DNA from: Candidatus Omnitrophota bacterium
GTDB lineage: Bacteria > Omnitrophota > Gorgyraeia > Duberdicusellales > 4484-171
Direction of reading: 5' to 3'
Length of the DNA stretch: 64,000 bases
Assembly: GCA_014729775.1 (NCBI GenBank)
Contig: WJJJ01000021.1
Span: forward strand, 24,788-88,787
Part shown: positions 29,994-40,400 of the stretch, piece by piece
Position numbering within the stretch: position 1 is the stretch's first letter
Layout: each line of letters opens with the position of its first letter
The notes under the pieces: model-generated
What the model saw: only the letters and a program-made list of their open reading frames with translations
What the model was told of the DNA's origin: nothing
Database searches by the model: none
Position numbers and translations under genes: made by a program

Positions 29994-31078
29994 CACCGCC
30001 TCACCACCTGCCGCTTGGGATCATACACGTCCCGCAGCCCGTCGCCGAGCAGGTTATAGGCCATGACCGTAAGAAAAATAAACACGCCGGGAATGAGCAC
30101 CCAGGGATGAAACCGAATCTGCGATACCGCCATGGCTTCCGACAGCAAATTGCCCCAGCTGGCATACGGATCCTGAATGCCCAGGCCGAGCAGGCTGAGC
30201 GCCGATTCACCGAGGATGTATCCCGGCACCGAAATCGATGCGGCCACGACCACATAGGAAAACGTGTGCGGCAGGATATGGCGGAAAATAATTTTCATTC
30301 GTGGCACCCCCAGCGTACGCGCCGCGAGCACGAACTCCCGCTCCCTGAGTGAAATCGCCATCCCGCGCACGACCCGGGCAATTCCCGGCCAGCCGATGAA
30401 CGACATGATGAATACAATCATAAAATACATCTGAACCGAATTCAGCGAATACGAAAATACACTGCGCAGCGCCAGCATCAAATAAAATCCCGGGATCACC
30501 ATAAGTATTTCGCTGACGCGCATGAGCAGCGTATCGGTCCTTCCTCCGAAATACCCGGAAATCCCGCCCACGGTCAAGCCGATCACCAGAGAAATAGCCA
30601 CACCGACCAGCCCGATCGAAAGCGAGATCTGCCCTCCGTAGAGAACGCGGGAGAACAGATCCCGTCCGCGGGAATCGGCGCCCCATAGATACAGCCGCGC
30701 GTCACCTTCCACGCCGAACAAATGGATCCGTGAGGGAAACACACCGAACAGCCGGTATTGGTCTCCCCGGACCAGCAGCCGGACCGGGTATCTGATAGTG
30801 GTATCCTCGACGTAGACCCGGTTGTAATATTCATCGAAGGTAAACGAAGTTTTGTAAATAAACGGCCAGCGCAGATGTCCCTCCTCATCTATCATGCGGA
30901 TCTTCGTCGGAGGCGCGTAACTGGCGGCGCGGTCCTCGTGATCGAAATGATACGGCGCCAGGAACCCGGCGAACAACGCGCTCATATAGAGCGCCGCCAG
31001 CACCCACAGTGAGATCATCGCCAGAGGATGATGCCGCAATTTGCGCAGCCTGCCTTTTTTCAGCGTTTGCTGTGTCAT
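29993..31078 (-). CDS. oppC: Oligopeptide ABC permease OppC
   Basis: BPD permease. The start is trimmed to MTQQTLKKGR... (ATG with AGGTAA upstream). The 59-codon N-terminal extension in the track overlaps oppB out of frame. Confidence 0.75.
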   Translation of the reverse strand: MTQQTLKKGRLRKLRHHPLAMISLWVLAALYMSALFAGFLAPYHFDHEDRAASYAPPTKIRMIDEEGHLRWPFIYKTSFTFDEYYNRVYVEDTTIRYPVRLLVRGDQYRLFGVFPSRIHLFGVEGDARLYLWGADSRGRDLFSRVLYGGQISLSIGLVGVAISLVIGLTVGGISGYFGGRTDTLLMRVSEILMVIPGFYLMLALRSVFSYSLNSVQMYFMIVFIMSFIGWPGIARVVRGMAISLREREFVLAARTLGVPRMKIIFRHILPHTFSYVVVAASISVPGYILGESALSLLGLGIQDPYASWGNLLSEAMAVSQIRFHPWVLIPGVFIFLTVMAYNLLGDGLRDVYDPKRQVVRR

Positions 31079-31089
31079 GATCGTAGGTA

Positions 31090-32055
31090 TTACCTGTATT
31101 GAATACGCGGATCCACCCACACCAGCAGGATATCCGCGATCAAATAGCCCAAAATCAGGAGAAAACCGGTCATCAGCAGATCTCCGGCGAATAAAAACAC
31201 ATCCTGGGTCCGCACCGCTTCCAGCATCAGCGAACCCAGCCCGGGCCAGCTGCAAATGATCTCGGTAAGCGCCGCTCCGCTGAGCAACCCCGAAAGCGCG
31301 CCTCCAAAGATCGTCACCATCGGATTGATCGCGTTGCGTACCGCGTGCAGGTAGATCACCCGGTGCTCGGGGAGTCCCTTTGCCCGCGCTGCGGTCACAT
31401 ATTGACTGCGCAGGACCTCCAGCATATTACCCCGCATCAGCCGCTGCAGTCCGGCGATACCGGCAGTGCCGATCACGACGGTAGGAATGACCAGGTGCTT
31501 TGCCACGTCCAGGCACTTGCCCCACCAGGACATCTGTGCATATCCAAGCGAATGCATCCCGCCGGTCGGAAGGATGCCGGTCACCGAAGCCAGGTACAAC
31601 AACAGCAGCGCGAAGAAGAAATTCGGGATCGAAAGCCCGATAAAGGACAAAAAAGAAAATATCTTATCTCCCAGTTTATACTGGTGGACCGCGCAGTAAA
31701 TCCCCAGGGGCAGTGCGATCAGCCAGCTGAACAGCAAAACCGACAGTGCGAGAATGAAGGTGTTCCACAACCGCAGCTTCAGCAGTTCGAATACCGGGAT
31801 GTTATAGGCGAACGAATACCCGAAATCAAGCCGAACCACGTTCCCCAGCCAGTACAGATACTGCGTAACCACGTCTTCGTTCAAATGGTATTTTTCCTCA
31901 TACATCTGGATGGTTTCTTCGGATACCTGGGGGTTCTGGCGAAGCTGATCGAAATAATTTCCCGGAGCCAAATTCACCGCCATAAACCCCAAGAAACTCA
32001 TGACCAGCAACAACGGAATGAAAAATAAAAAGCGGCGGATGATATAGTTAGTCAT
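31090..32055 (-). CDS. oppB: Oligopeptide ABC permease OppB
   Basis: BPD permease with a typical OppB N-terminus (MTNYIIRRFLFFIP). Confidence 0.8.
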   Translation of the reverse strand: MTNYIIRRFLFFIPLLLVMSFLGFMAVNLAPGNYFDQLRQNPQVSEETIQMYEEKYHLNEDVVTQYLYWLGNVVRLDFGYSFAYNIPVFELLKLRLWNTFILALSVLLFSWLIALPLGIYCAVHQYKLGDKIFSFLSFIGLSIPNFFFALLLLYLASVTGILPTGGMHSLGYAQMSWWGKCLDVAKHLVIPTVVIGTAGIAGLQRLMRGNMLEVLRSQYVTAARAKGLPEHRVIYLHAVRNAINPMVTIFGGALSGLLSGAALTEIICSWPGLGSLMLEAVRTQDVFLFAGDLLMTGFLLILGYLIADILLVWVDPRIQYR

Positions 32056-32102
32056 GATTCATGCTTATAAGAAGTAGGAAGCAAGATACAAGAAGTAAAG
32101 AA
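32056..32102. repeat. Purine-rich flank (inverted copy of the CTTAC-type element) on the left side of the IVS-protein insertion
   Basis: cttataagaagtaggaagcaagatacaagaagtaaag. Its reverse complement resembles 32508-32549. Confidence 0.5.
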
Positions 32103-32507
32103 TCAATCCCGTTTATCAAAATTTTGCCAACGTTTCATCAAAGAAAAAAGCATCGCTCCTATTTTATTATATTGGTCGAGGAAACTCTTATGCTCTTCCT
32201 CGGCTATATACAGACAATCCCTAGCAAAATCTAACCATACTTTAGTCTCTTCACACGATCCATTCGCATCATTAAGATGCCTGATAAAGACATTCTTATA
32301 TTTACGTTTTGCCCAACCTTCAGCAATATTCACTGGAATCGAACGCGTTGACCTCCTCAACTGATCAGTTAACGAATAAGTCTCTTCTTTAGGAAACCGC
32401 TTAGAAACTACAAAAATCTGTTTAGCGGCAAGAAAAGAAACCTGGTAGACGACTAAATCTTTATAAGTTGTAATAATTCTTTTTGTATTGAGCGTTGGCC
32501 CTCCCAC
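32103..32507 (-). CDS. Four-helix-bundle protein of the 23S rRNA-intervening-sequence protein family
   Basis: About 130 aa, all-helical, with a family-typical ...IAEGW...LDFARDCLYI... core. It has a GTG start. The gene is markedly AT-richer than its neighbours. Confidence 0.65.
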   Translation of the reverse strand: MGGPTLNTKRIITTYKDLVVYQVSFLAAKQIFVVSKRFPKEETYSLTDQLRRSTRSIPVNIAEGWAKRKYKNVFIRHLNDANGSCEETKVWLDFARDCLYIAEEEHKSFLDQYNKIGAMLFSLMKRWQNFDKRD

Positions 32508-32549
32508 CTTAATTGTATATCTTATTTCTTGCTTTTTGTTTCTTACTTC
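32508..32549. repeat. Polypyrimidine CTTAC-type element (copy 3) on the right flank of the IVS-protein insertion
   Basis: cttaattgtatatcttatttcttgctttttgtttcttacttcttatc. Confidence 0.5.
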
Positions 32550-34247
32550 TTATCGCCCAATATATATCTCTTCCAGATTGTGAAACGCGCCGCCGTACGG
32601 CGTGGGGTTGAGATTGCCGAATTTATTACGCACGGCAAAGATGTTCATGGGCAGGACGGTATAGATGAACGGCTGCTGCTCGGCCACGATCACCTGCCAG
32701 CGGTCGTAAAGTTCTTTGCGTTTTTCACGGTCAAGTGTCTGAACGCCCTGGTCGAATATGCGGTCGATCTCCGCCTCCCACTCGGTTGCCGGATGCGGCT
32801 GGTGAGGATACCACATGTGCAGATGCCCGCTGGACTGCCAGACGTTATTGCCGAAGTGCGGTTCGATCCCCCCGGTCAGTCCCAGTATCACCGCGTCCCA
32901 GTCGTAGGTTGAATCAAGCTTGCTGATCAGCTGATTGAACGCCAGCGGCACGAAATTAATTTTAAACCCCAGCGCTTCCATGTCCTTACGCAGAATATTG
33001 GCGATCTGGATCCGCTGGGTGTTTTCGGCGTTGGTGAACAGATTAAAGCGAATTTCACGTCCCTGCTCGTCTTCGGCAATCCCGTCCTGATCACGGTCAA
33101 AGATCCCGATCTCCTTCAGCAACTGTCTGGCCCGCGGGAGGTTATACTCGTTCCTGGGCACGTTGGGGTTGTAGAAATAGCCGCTGGAGGGACTCATCGG
33201 CGAATACTGGGGCACGCCGAGTCCGTTCATGACGATATTCACCAGCGACTGCTTGTCGATCGCGTGAGCCAGCGCCCGCCGGAAGTTCACGTCGGTGAAC
33301 CATTCCAGTTTGGCCTCCGACACATAGGGATTGCCCGTCTCGGGATTCACGCCCCGGTTCTGATTCAGCACTAAAAAGTTGGAACCGAACGCCGGGCCGG
33401 TTTCATATACGGTAAAATTCCCCCGGCGTTCCTTGGGCTTGAGGATCGGGTAATCCTGCCCCCGTACCGACAGATAATCGATCTGTCCCTCCTGAAATTT
33501 GAGCATGGCCACGTCCCCGTTCTGTACGATCACATAGACCACCCGCCGCAAATAGGGCAGACGGCTGCCGTCGGCATCCTCTTTCCAGTAGCGGGGATTC
33601 CGTTTCATGATGACCCGTTCTCCCGGCACGTATTTCTCAAGCAGAAACGGCCCGGTACCGACAATATCCTGGGGACCGGTATTAAGCCCCCAATGATAAC
33701 TGAATTTCCCTTCTTTTACCACCTGCGCCAGACGGTGCTCAGGAAGAATCTCCTGGCTCATACTGCGCAAAAACGGCGCGAACTTGCCCGGCAGAACAAA
33801 CCGCACGGTGTACGCATCAATTGTTTCCACGACAAACGGCTCACCTTCAATCGAAAAAATATCACGGGAACTGGTAGGAATATCGGGATTATAGATAAGT
33901 TTATTAAAGGTAAACACCACATCCTCGCTGGTGAACGGCTCGCCGTCGGACCACACCACGTCTTCGCGCAGATGAAAGGTCCAGATCTTTCCGTCCTCAC
34001 TCACCTCCCAGGACTGGGCCAGATTGGGCTCAACTTCGAGCGTCACCCCATTGGTCGTAGTCAGCCCTTCGAAGATAAGATTGGTGATCGCGGTCGTCGA
34101 GGTCTCCTTTGCGACGATCGGATTGAACGATTTGGGATCACTGAGCGCCGATAGTACCAGCTGCCCGCCGTGCCGGTCGACGGCAAAACCCCGGCCGAAG
34201 GCGGCCGCGAAAAAAAACACACCCAAAAACAACCTGAGAATCTTCAT
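32550..34247 (-). CDS. oppA: Oligopeptide-binding periplasmic protein OppA (SBP family 5)
   Basis: Signal peptide followed by an SBP_bac_5 fold. The start is set at the second ATG with an AGGAAGG SD. Confidence 0.8.
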   Translation of the reverse strand: MKILRLFLGVFFFAAAFGRGFAVDRHGGQLVLSALSDPKSFNPIVAKETSTTAITNLIFEGLTTTNGVTLEVEPNLAQSWEVSEDGKIWTFHLREDVVWSDGEPFTSEDVVFTFNKLIYNPDIPTSSRDIFSIEGEPFVVETIDAYTVRFVLPGKFAPFLRSMSQEILPEHRLAQVVKEGKFSYHWGLNTGPQDIVGTGPFLLEKYVPGERVIMKRNPRYWKEDADGSRLPYLRRVVYVIVQNGDVAMLKFQEGQIDYLSVRGQDYPILKPKERRGNFTVYETGPAFGSNFLVLNQNRGVNPETGNPYVSEAKLEWFTDVNFRRALAHAIDKQSLVNIVMNGLGVPQYSPMSPSSGYFYNPNVPRNEYNLPRARQLLKEIGIFDRDQDGIAEDEQGREIRFNLFTNAENTQRIQIANILRKDMEALGFKINFVPLAFNQLISKLDSTYDWDAVILGLTGGIEPHFGNNVWQSSGHLHMWYPHQPHPATEWEAEIDRIFDQGVQTLDREKRKELYDRWQVIVAEQQPFIYTVLPMNIFAVRNKFGNLNPTPYGGAFHNLEEIYIGR

Positions 34248-34427
34248 ATGATACCTTCCTTTTTTATTCAATGAAACCATATTATACCTGATTGGATGGG
34301 GAAAATAAAGGGAATGGGTGAGCTCTTTTATCCGGGACGATAGAGCCTTCCCAGACGGCGCGCGTTAAGCCGATCCGGCTCCTGGGCTGGGACTTTTCGC
34401 TCCGCACGCAATATTCGCGCAGAACCC

Positions 34428-37400
34428 TCATCGTTTTCTTTTTCTGGATCTTCCGGACCTGCTTTTCCGCTTTTTCGCCGATAATGCCGGTTGATCCGGA
34501 CGGTCGCGTTGATGCCCTTTCTGCGCGGAAGAGAATCGCGCTCTCAGCGTCCGTTTCAAGAACAAACCGGCACAATACGCGCCGAAGAGTACCGCGCCTG
34601 TCTGCAGGACCAGAGCAAAGGTACTCTGAGGACGAACAGAGACGCCCAGACGTTCAAGCGCTCTGGCGACTTCTTCGCTGGCAGCGCCGTTATCCGGAGA
34701 ATAAAGGATCGCCTTCTCGTAATCGTTTCTGGATTTCTTTTTCTGACCGAGAGCGGCATAAGTCAGACTGCGATGAAAGTACAGCTGGGCATCTGCGGGC
34801 GCGATGGAAAGAGCTTGGTCAAACAGAGCAAGCGCGCGCCCGTAGTGTCCAAGCTCACGAAGGATAACAGCCCGGCACCGCAACCCTTCAAGTGAGCGCG
34901 CGTAAACGGTATCATATTCGCACGCCCGTTCATGATCAGCCAGCGCCGCTGGCAGGTCTTCCTCGACCAGATAATAGTAGCCGGCGCGAAGCACATAAGC
35001 CTGTGCTGAATAGGGATTCATCTCCAGCGCCTTATTGATATCGCTGATCGCCAGATCGTACCGCCCGGACTTACAGCGGACTTGAGCACGGTCAACCAGT
35101 ATCTGGTCATTAAGGGTGTCATGTTCAAGCGCGGCGTCGAAAAGCGCTATGGCCCGCTTGAAGGCGGACGGCCCTCCGTCCGCCAGGACCCGTTTCGCGT
35201 ATGACTGCAGACTCAGGCTCACCAGGGTCCTTTGACCCCCGAGACGAGCCATCCGGTAAAAACGCGCGAAGGGCGCATCATTACGCACCCGCAGATGATT
35301 TGCTTCCTGAAAAAAGAACTCCTCGAAATCAAAGTTCGCTTGAGCAACGCCGGTACCGGCCGCCGCATCGCAGTAGGAAAATCTTCGCGCTCCCTTTACG
35401 AGAACGGCGACATGGGAAATATCAAACGCCTCCTGATCGGCGCCGCCGGCCCTTCGCTGGGTATGTTCGTAGAGCTCTATTGGCACCGCTTTTATTTTAA
35501 GTGTTCGCAGAAGGTAATACAGCAAGATATTCATGCTTACACAATTACCGGTCTTCTCGAAGGCGAGCGCGCGCAGGCTGAACACACCAATGTCATAGCG
35601 GTATTTCTCCCTGATTGCTCCGGCGATCTCGCTGGCCGTCCTGAACACATCTTCTTCGACCCTATGCTGCCGTGACTGCGCCTGCCATATCCGCAGCATT
35701 GACCGGCCCTGCGCGTCTTTCCAGTCCGCCACGTCAGCCGCTATTCTCTCGGCCACTTCCCGGGGACGCCGGTCGCCGGCCGCCCGGCAATGCCAGTGAA
35801 TGCCGGCCTGCAGTGCCTGCGCCACAGATGTCTGCCCGTCACCCGCGGCAAAAGAAGACGGCGCCAACGCCAGCAGCGCCAACATTCCGGTTGTCGCCGA
35901 AAGGAAATACCTGCGCGAAGCCGTCTTCTCCCGCACACTGCCTCCCGGTGCTCCAGCGGGAGCGCGCATAGTTACGGGAGGGTGTACCGCCGAGGAAGCA
36001 GCAGGATTCACCTCGCAGTCGGCGGCCGGATAGACCATCATATAACGGTATCCCTGCAGTCGCAAAACCGATAATTCCCGAACCAGTGGCGTTCCGTGAT
36101 GTGAATCGATCACTTTCGCCTGCCAACGCCCGTTCCGGCATTTTAATCCCGGCACAAAATACGACTTATATGCCTGCGCAGCGATGAGCGCGGCATCTCC
36201 GTCCAGGACCGAACTGAACTGCTGCTGCCAAAACCGGTGATCGATCACCTCCCGTCCCAGAAGGATCTCCATTTTCCTCGGCCGGGCCAGCCGGCTCACC
36301 ACCGGCTGACTTATGCGGAGAAATCCATTCTCATCCAGGGTAAGATCACCCAATGCGTCCAACTCACACAGAATATCTTCTTCGGTTTCATTCCGGTATA
36401 CCTGCCGGTGCGGCAAAATCACCTGCCAGAAACTGAACGCGTGGATCAATGACCGCAGAAGACAGCCTTCAACCCGGGGATAATGGCTGTAAGGTTGGCC
36501 GGTGTACGTTTGTTTCGCCCATCCGTTGACCGGGGTGATATCATAATATTTTGTTTTGAAATCCACTGCCCCGGGAGCGCTTGCGGATTTCGATCCGCCT
36601 CCCTGTCCCTCTCGGAACAAATCTTTTCCCTGCGGGCGAAAGATGTGCGTGTCTTCCGGGAGACGAGTTTCTTTATTGAGATTTTGTTCGGACACACGCA
36701 CTATCCATTCGGGGATATCGGTTGTCACGTCTGTATCCGCCGCATTGATCCGCGGACGGCCTTGGAACAGAAAAGGCAAACGCAGCCCTGATACTAATTT
36801 TGGAGAAGCCGTGTACACCGTGCCGGCACACCCTTGCGCCGTGTACATAAATCCCTTCTGTAAGCGGATGACGGTACCCGGAGCAAGCACCTCCCGGCGG
36901 GAACGGCTCACCTGATAGGTATGATTTTCCAGATAGGTCACACTCACCGTATCCACCTGATTATACGTATGCGGATGCCGGATATTCAACGCGGGAGAAA
37001 CCGGTTCACTCAACCAGCGCGGGTCATCGGTCGAGAAAGGTTCCTGTTCGAAAGGGGTCACGTCCTCCGCGAAAAATTTACGGAATACATGAGCATTATG
37101 GATAAAAGGAGTGGATACCTTTACATTCCTGATACGCAGCATACGCGCCCATTTCACGATCCAGGACAACACGGCCTGACTGATCCCAAGATTAAGATAG
37201 CGGCGGTCCTGGGGAGTGCGCCAGACAGTACCGATAGGATAGTATTGCGTTATCTCCAGAGAACGATCAGCATACACCGCAGCCACTACCCGGCGCCGTC
37301 GTTCCGCTTCACCGTTAATCACGGTACGCGCGGTCAACGTCATCACCGGCCACTCAGAATTCCCGTACTTTGGAGTGGTCATGACAATTGACAAACCGAC

Positions 37401-40400
37401 TCCCGGACGCTCTCCCTCCGGTTCTACAAGAGGGATCTCATTATCCGTATCCGCCGGAGATGATGAAGCCTGATCCGTTACGGACCGCGGCGGGGCCTCT
37501 TGCCTTCTGACACGACGCAACCACGCATCAATCCAGTAGATCAGGATCCCCGACCAGAGAATTCCCATATTCGCAGCGATTAACACAATGTATTCAGGGA
37601 AAAACGCCCAGCCCAGAGACAGCCCGCTCGCCCAGAATACCCCGTTACCCGCGTAAAGACGGAGGAAATCCTTCACGGTTTCTTTAAATTCAATATCCGA
37701 CCGATCTTTCCGCACCAGATATTTATGGATGGCAAAATTCGCGGGCAGTCCCACTACCGCTGCGAAAAGCGTGATATCAAGAAACACCTTCCAGAACACG
37801 CCGGGAACAAACGCGGTAAGGAACCCGTACCATGCCCCGAATACGACTATTCCCACGTATAGTCCCCCGAACAGGCTCCAGCGGCCGATCGCCGGCCAGT
37901 CTATCCGTTCGCCCCTGACGGTCTGGTTCATGTACATACCGCACCCCCGGGACACCCCTCCGACCACCGTCTTGATCCCAAGCGCGGCATAAAACCCGGA
38001 CTGAACCGCCGCAATATACCAATGACCGAAAAAGACCGAAAGCAAAACCGCTACGGCCGGGATCCCGGCAAGCACCCCCCACCGGAGATAGCGGCGCATA
38101 CGCGCCGTGAACTGGGCCTGTCGAGTGAACTTCTCCTCGGCCGGACTCGAAACACTCCCGTTTCCACTGGAATGATGAGAATCGTTGACCTCCGCATTTC
38201 TCTCCCGCTGACGCTGCCGGGCACGATCCGTGATCGCCAGCGTCGCGCAGCGCTTAAGCAACGTCACGTCAGTGGCAAAACACAGTTCGGTACGATACCC
38301 GTTGCGCCCGTATAACAACCCGATAAGCCCGCCCTGCAGGTCGAACACCGGCGCTCCGCTAAATCCTTTTTCGGCCCCTTGCGCTTCGATAATCAGCATT
38401 GCCGTCGGTTCCACCCGCCGCGCCGTGCCCCGGATCAACTGGAAGTTGCGGTAATTCGCATGCGGCGCTCCCGGTATGACTACCGGTACCCCTTCATGCT
38501 GTGAGGCGATTGGAAACGTACGGCGGGAATAAGAGGCAAACCGCCGCAAAGGAGTAAAAACATTCTCGGGATAACTGGCTTTCCGTATCCGCAATAATCC
38601 TATGTCAGGATATTTCTGGCTGGCCGTGACTTCACCCCACAACCGCCCTCTGTCGTTTTTCACCAATAATCGAGAAAGTTCGGAATAAAGCACATGAGCG
38701 GCACTGGCAACATAGTAAAAATCGCTGTCTTCATCGAATATAAAACCCGTGCCTCCGCCGAACCATGTGGTCTCATCCTCTCCATGCGTATGTCTCACGA
38801 CAACAGGTTTGCGGACGACCACAAGATTCTCGGCGATGAGTCTCAGCCGTTCATCGGAAATATGATGAAGCTTTTGGGAACTATACGCGGACAATCTCTC
38901 ATAGAGAAAACCGTCGCCCCCCTGCCGACGGCCGCGGGTGCCGCGTTCCCTGCCCGCAGGAGAACCGGCCGCGGTGCCAAACTGTGCATTCGCCGGACGT
39001 CCGTTTGTCACCCGGTAAATATCGCACGTAGAGCAATAACTTACCATGCAATGGTACTTCTCCACCCCCATGACCGGATCCGGCACCGGTAACCCAAAAT
39101 GGTACCGGCCGCCGCTTCTCAATATCTCCTCTACTATATCCACAGGAACGCCGGAAACCGGATCACGCGCTACCTCTTCCCGATTCCACAATATCGCTAC
39201 GCCGCCGGGAAAAAGGAGATACGCAAGTCCCTTCGCCAAACGGCGCAACGAGATCTTGCCCACGTCGCCGTCCCAACATGACTCAAAGGTAGCGCCGCCC
39301 AACTTTCTCTCTTTCAAATATTCATAGACAAAAAACCGCAAATTTCGGCTTTCTGCCACAGCCTCCGGGATCTCGCCGGGCAGCACGTAAGGCATATTCC
39401 AGTTTACAGCGTCAAACCGCAATCCGGGAAACCGGGACTCGCCGTCCGGAGAAACGATATTGTCGGCGATCATCGCCTTGATCTCAAACCCGACGAGCTT
39501 CGCCGTATAGCGGGCGTTTGCGATCTCCATGGGATTGATACCGAGAGTATATTGTGTTTGTCCCGTTTTCAAATACATCAGCCAAAGCTCAAGCCCGGTC
39601 CCCGGACCGACCGTCAACACCCTGCTGCCGCGATGTATCCTTTTCTCCTCCCACAACATCCGATAATATTCCTGGTCCGCGTCGCTGTTTAACGACGGTG
39701 AATATACGGTGGGATATACGGGGGTAATAAGAGAATGCACCCGATCGGACTTTGCCTTATCAACGGCTCTGGTGTTCACCACCCACCCATTTCCGCCGAG
39801 CTGAAACAGACCATCCGTTTCCCACGCGCCGGTATCGCGGTCAATGCGGGCGACCACATACGGCAGCTGGCCATTACCCGGCCGTATCTCGCGGACCCCC
39901 TCCCGCAGCTTCGCGGTCGAGAAATCCTGAATAAATTCCGAATTACCCCGAGCTTCCTCCAGGAACGCTTCACAATGCTGAATTAAACCGGGATCATGAA
40001 GCTCCGGTATAGTAAAATAAAAATAACTCAGGTTCAGATATCTGGGATGTATTTCATCCAGTTTATCCATGCTTTGCAAAATATCCGAAGGAATCACCGG
40101 AAAAACCGCGACAAGCCGTCCTTGCTGATTATATAAAAGATCCACTTCTTCCAGAACGAATGCGTAAGGAACTACCAAAATATGCTTCAACACCTCTTGC
40201 CCCACACAGGCTCCCGCCGGCGAATCATGACTATCCGGCAGACGGACGCGCCGGTACCCGATCCCTTCGCGATGATGCGCCGCATTTCGCAACCCTAAGA
40301 AAAATAACAGGTCTGCCGCGACTGCCTCGCGAGCGGCGCTCTCCTGCGCACCGGATGAGTTGCGAAGATCGCTATCGGACTCCCCCGTTTCTCCCACATA

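Noticed and set aside
29993-31255. Long N-terminal extensions in the track ORFs of oppC (59 codons), mcsB (13), metG (27), comF (64), lptF (11), alr (15) and the PIN/TRAM gene (20)
   Set aside because: The extensions overlap the upstream gene out of frame or begin at TTG/GTG far from any SD. Family-typical N-termini and coupling overlaps support the trimmed starts.
34281-34427. Possible rho-independent terminator downstream of the giant gene
   Set aside because: Only short palindromes are present (gccg-atc-cggc; cccag...ctggg). None forms a GC-rich stem followed by a U-tract on the minus strand, so no convincing terminator is called.
34282-34575. 97-aa minus-strand ORF overlapping the giant gene stop
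   Set aside because: It overlaps the last 50 codons of the giant ORF out of frame and has no support. The region 34248-34427 appears to be plain intergenic sequence.
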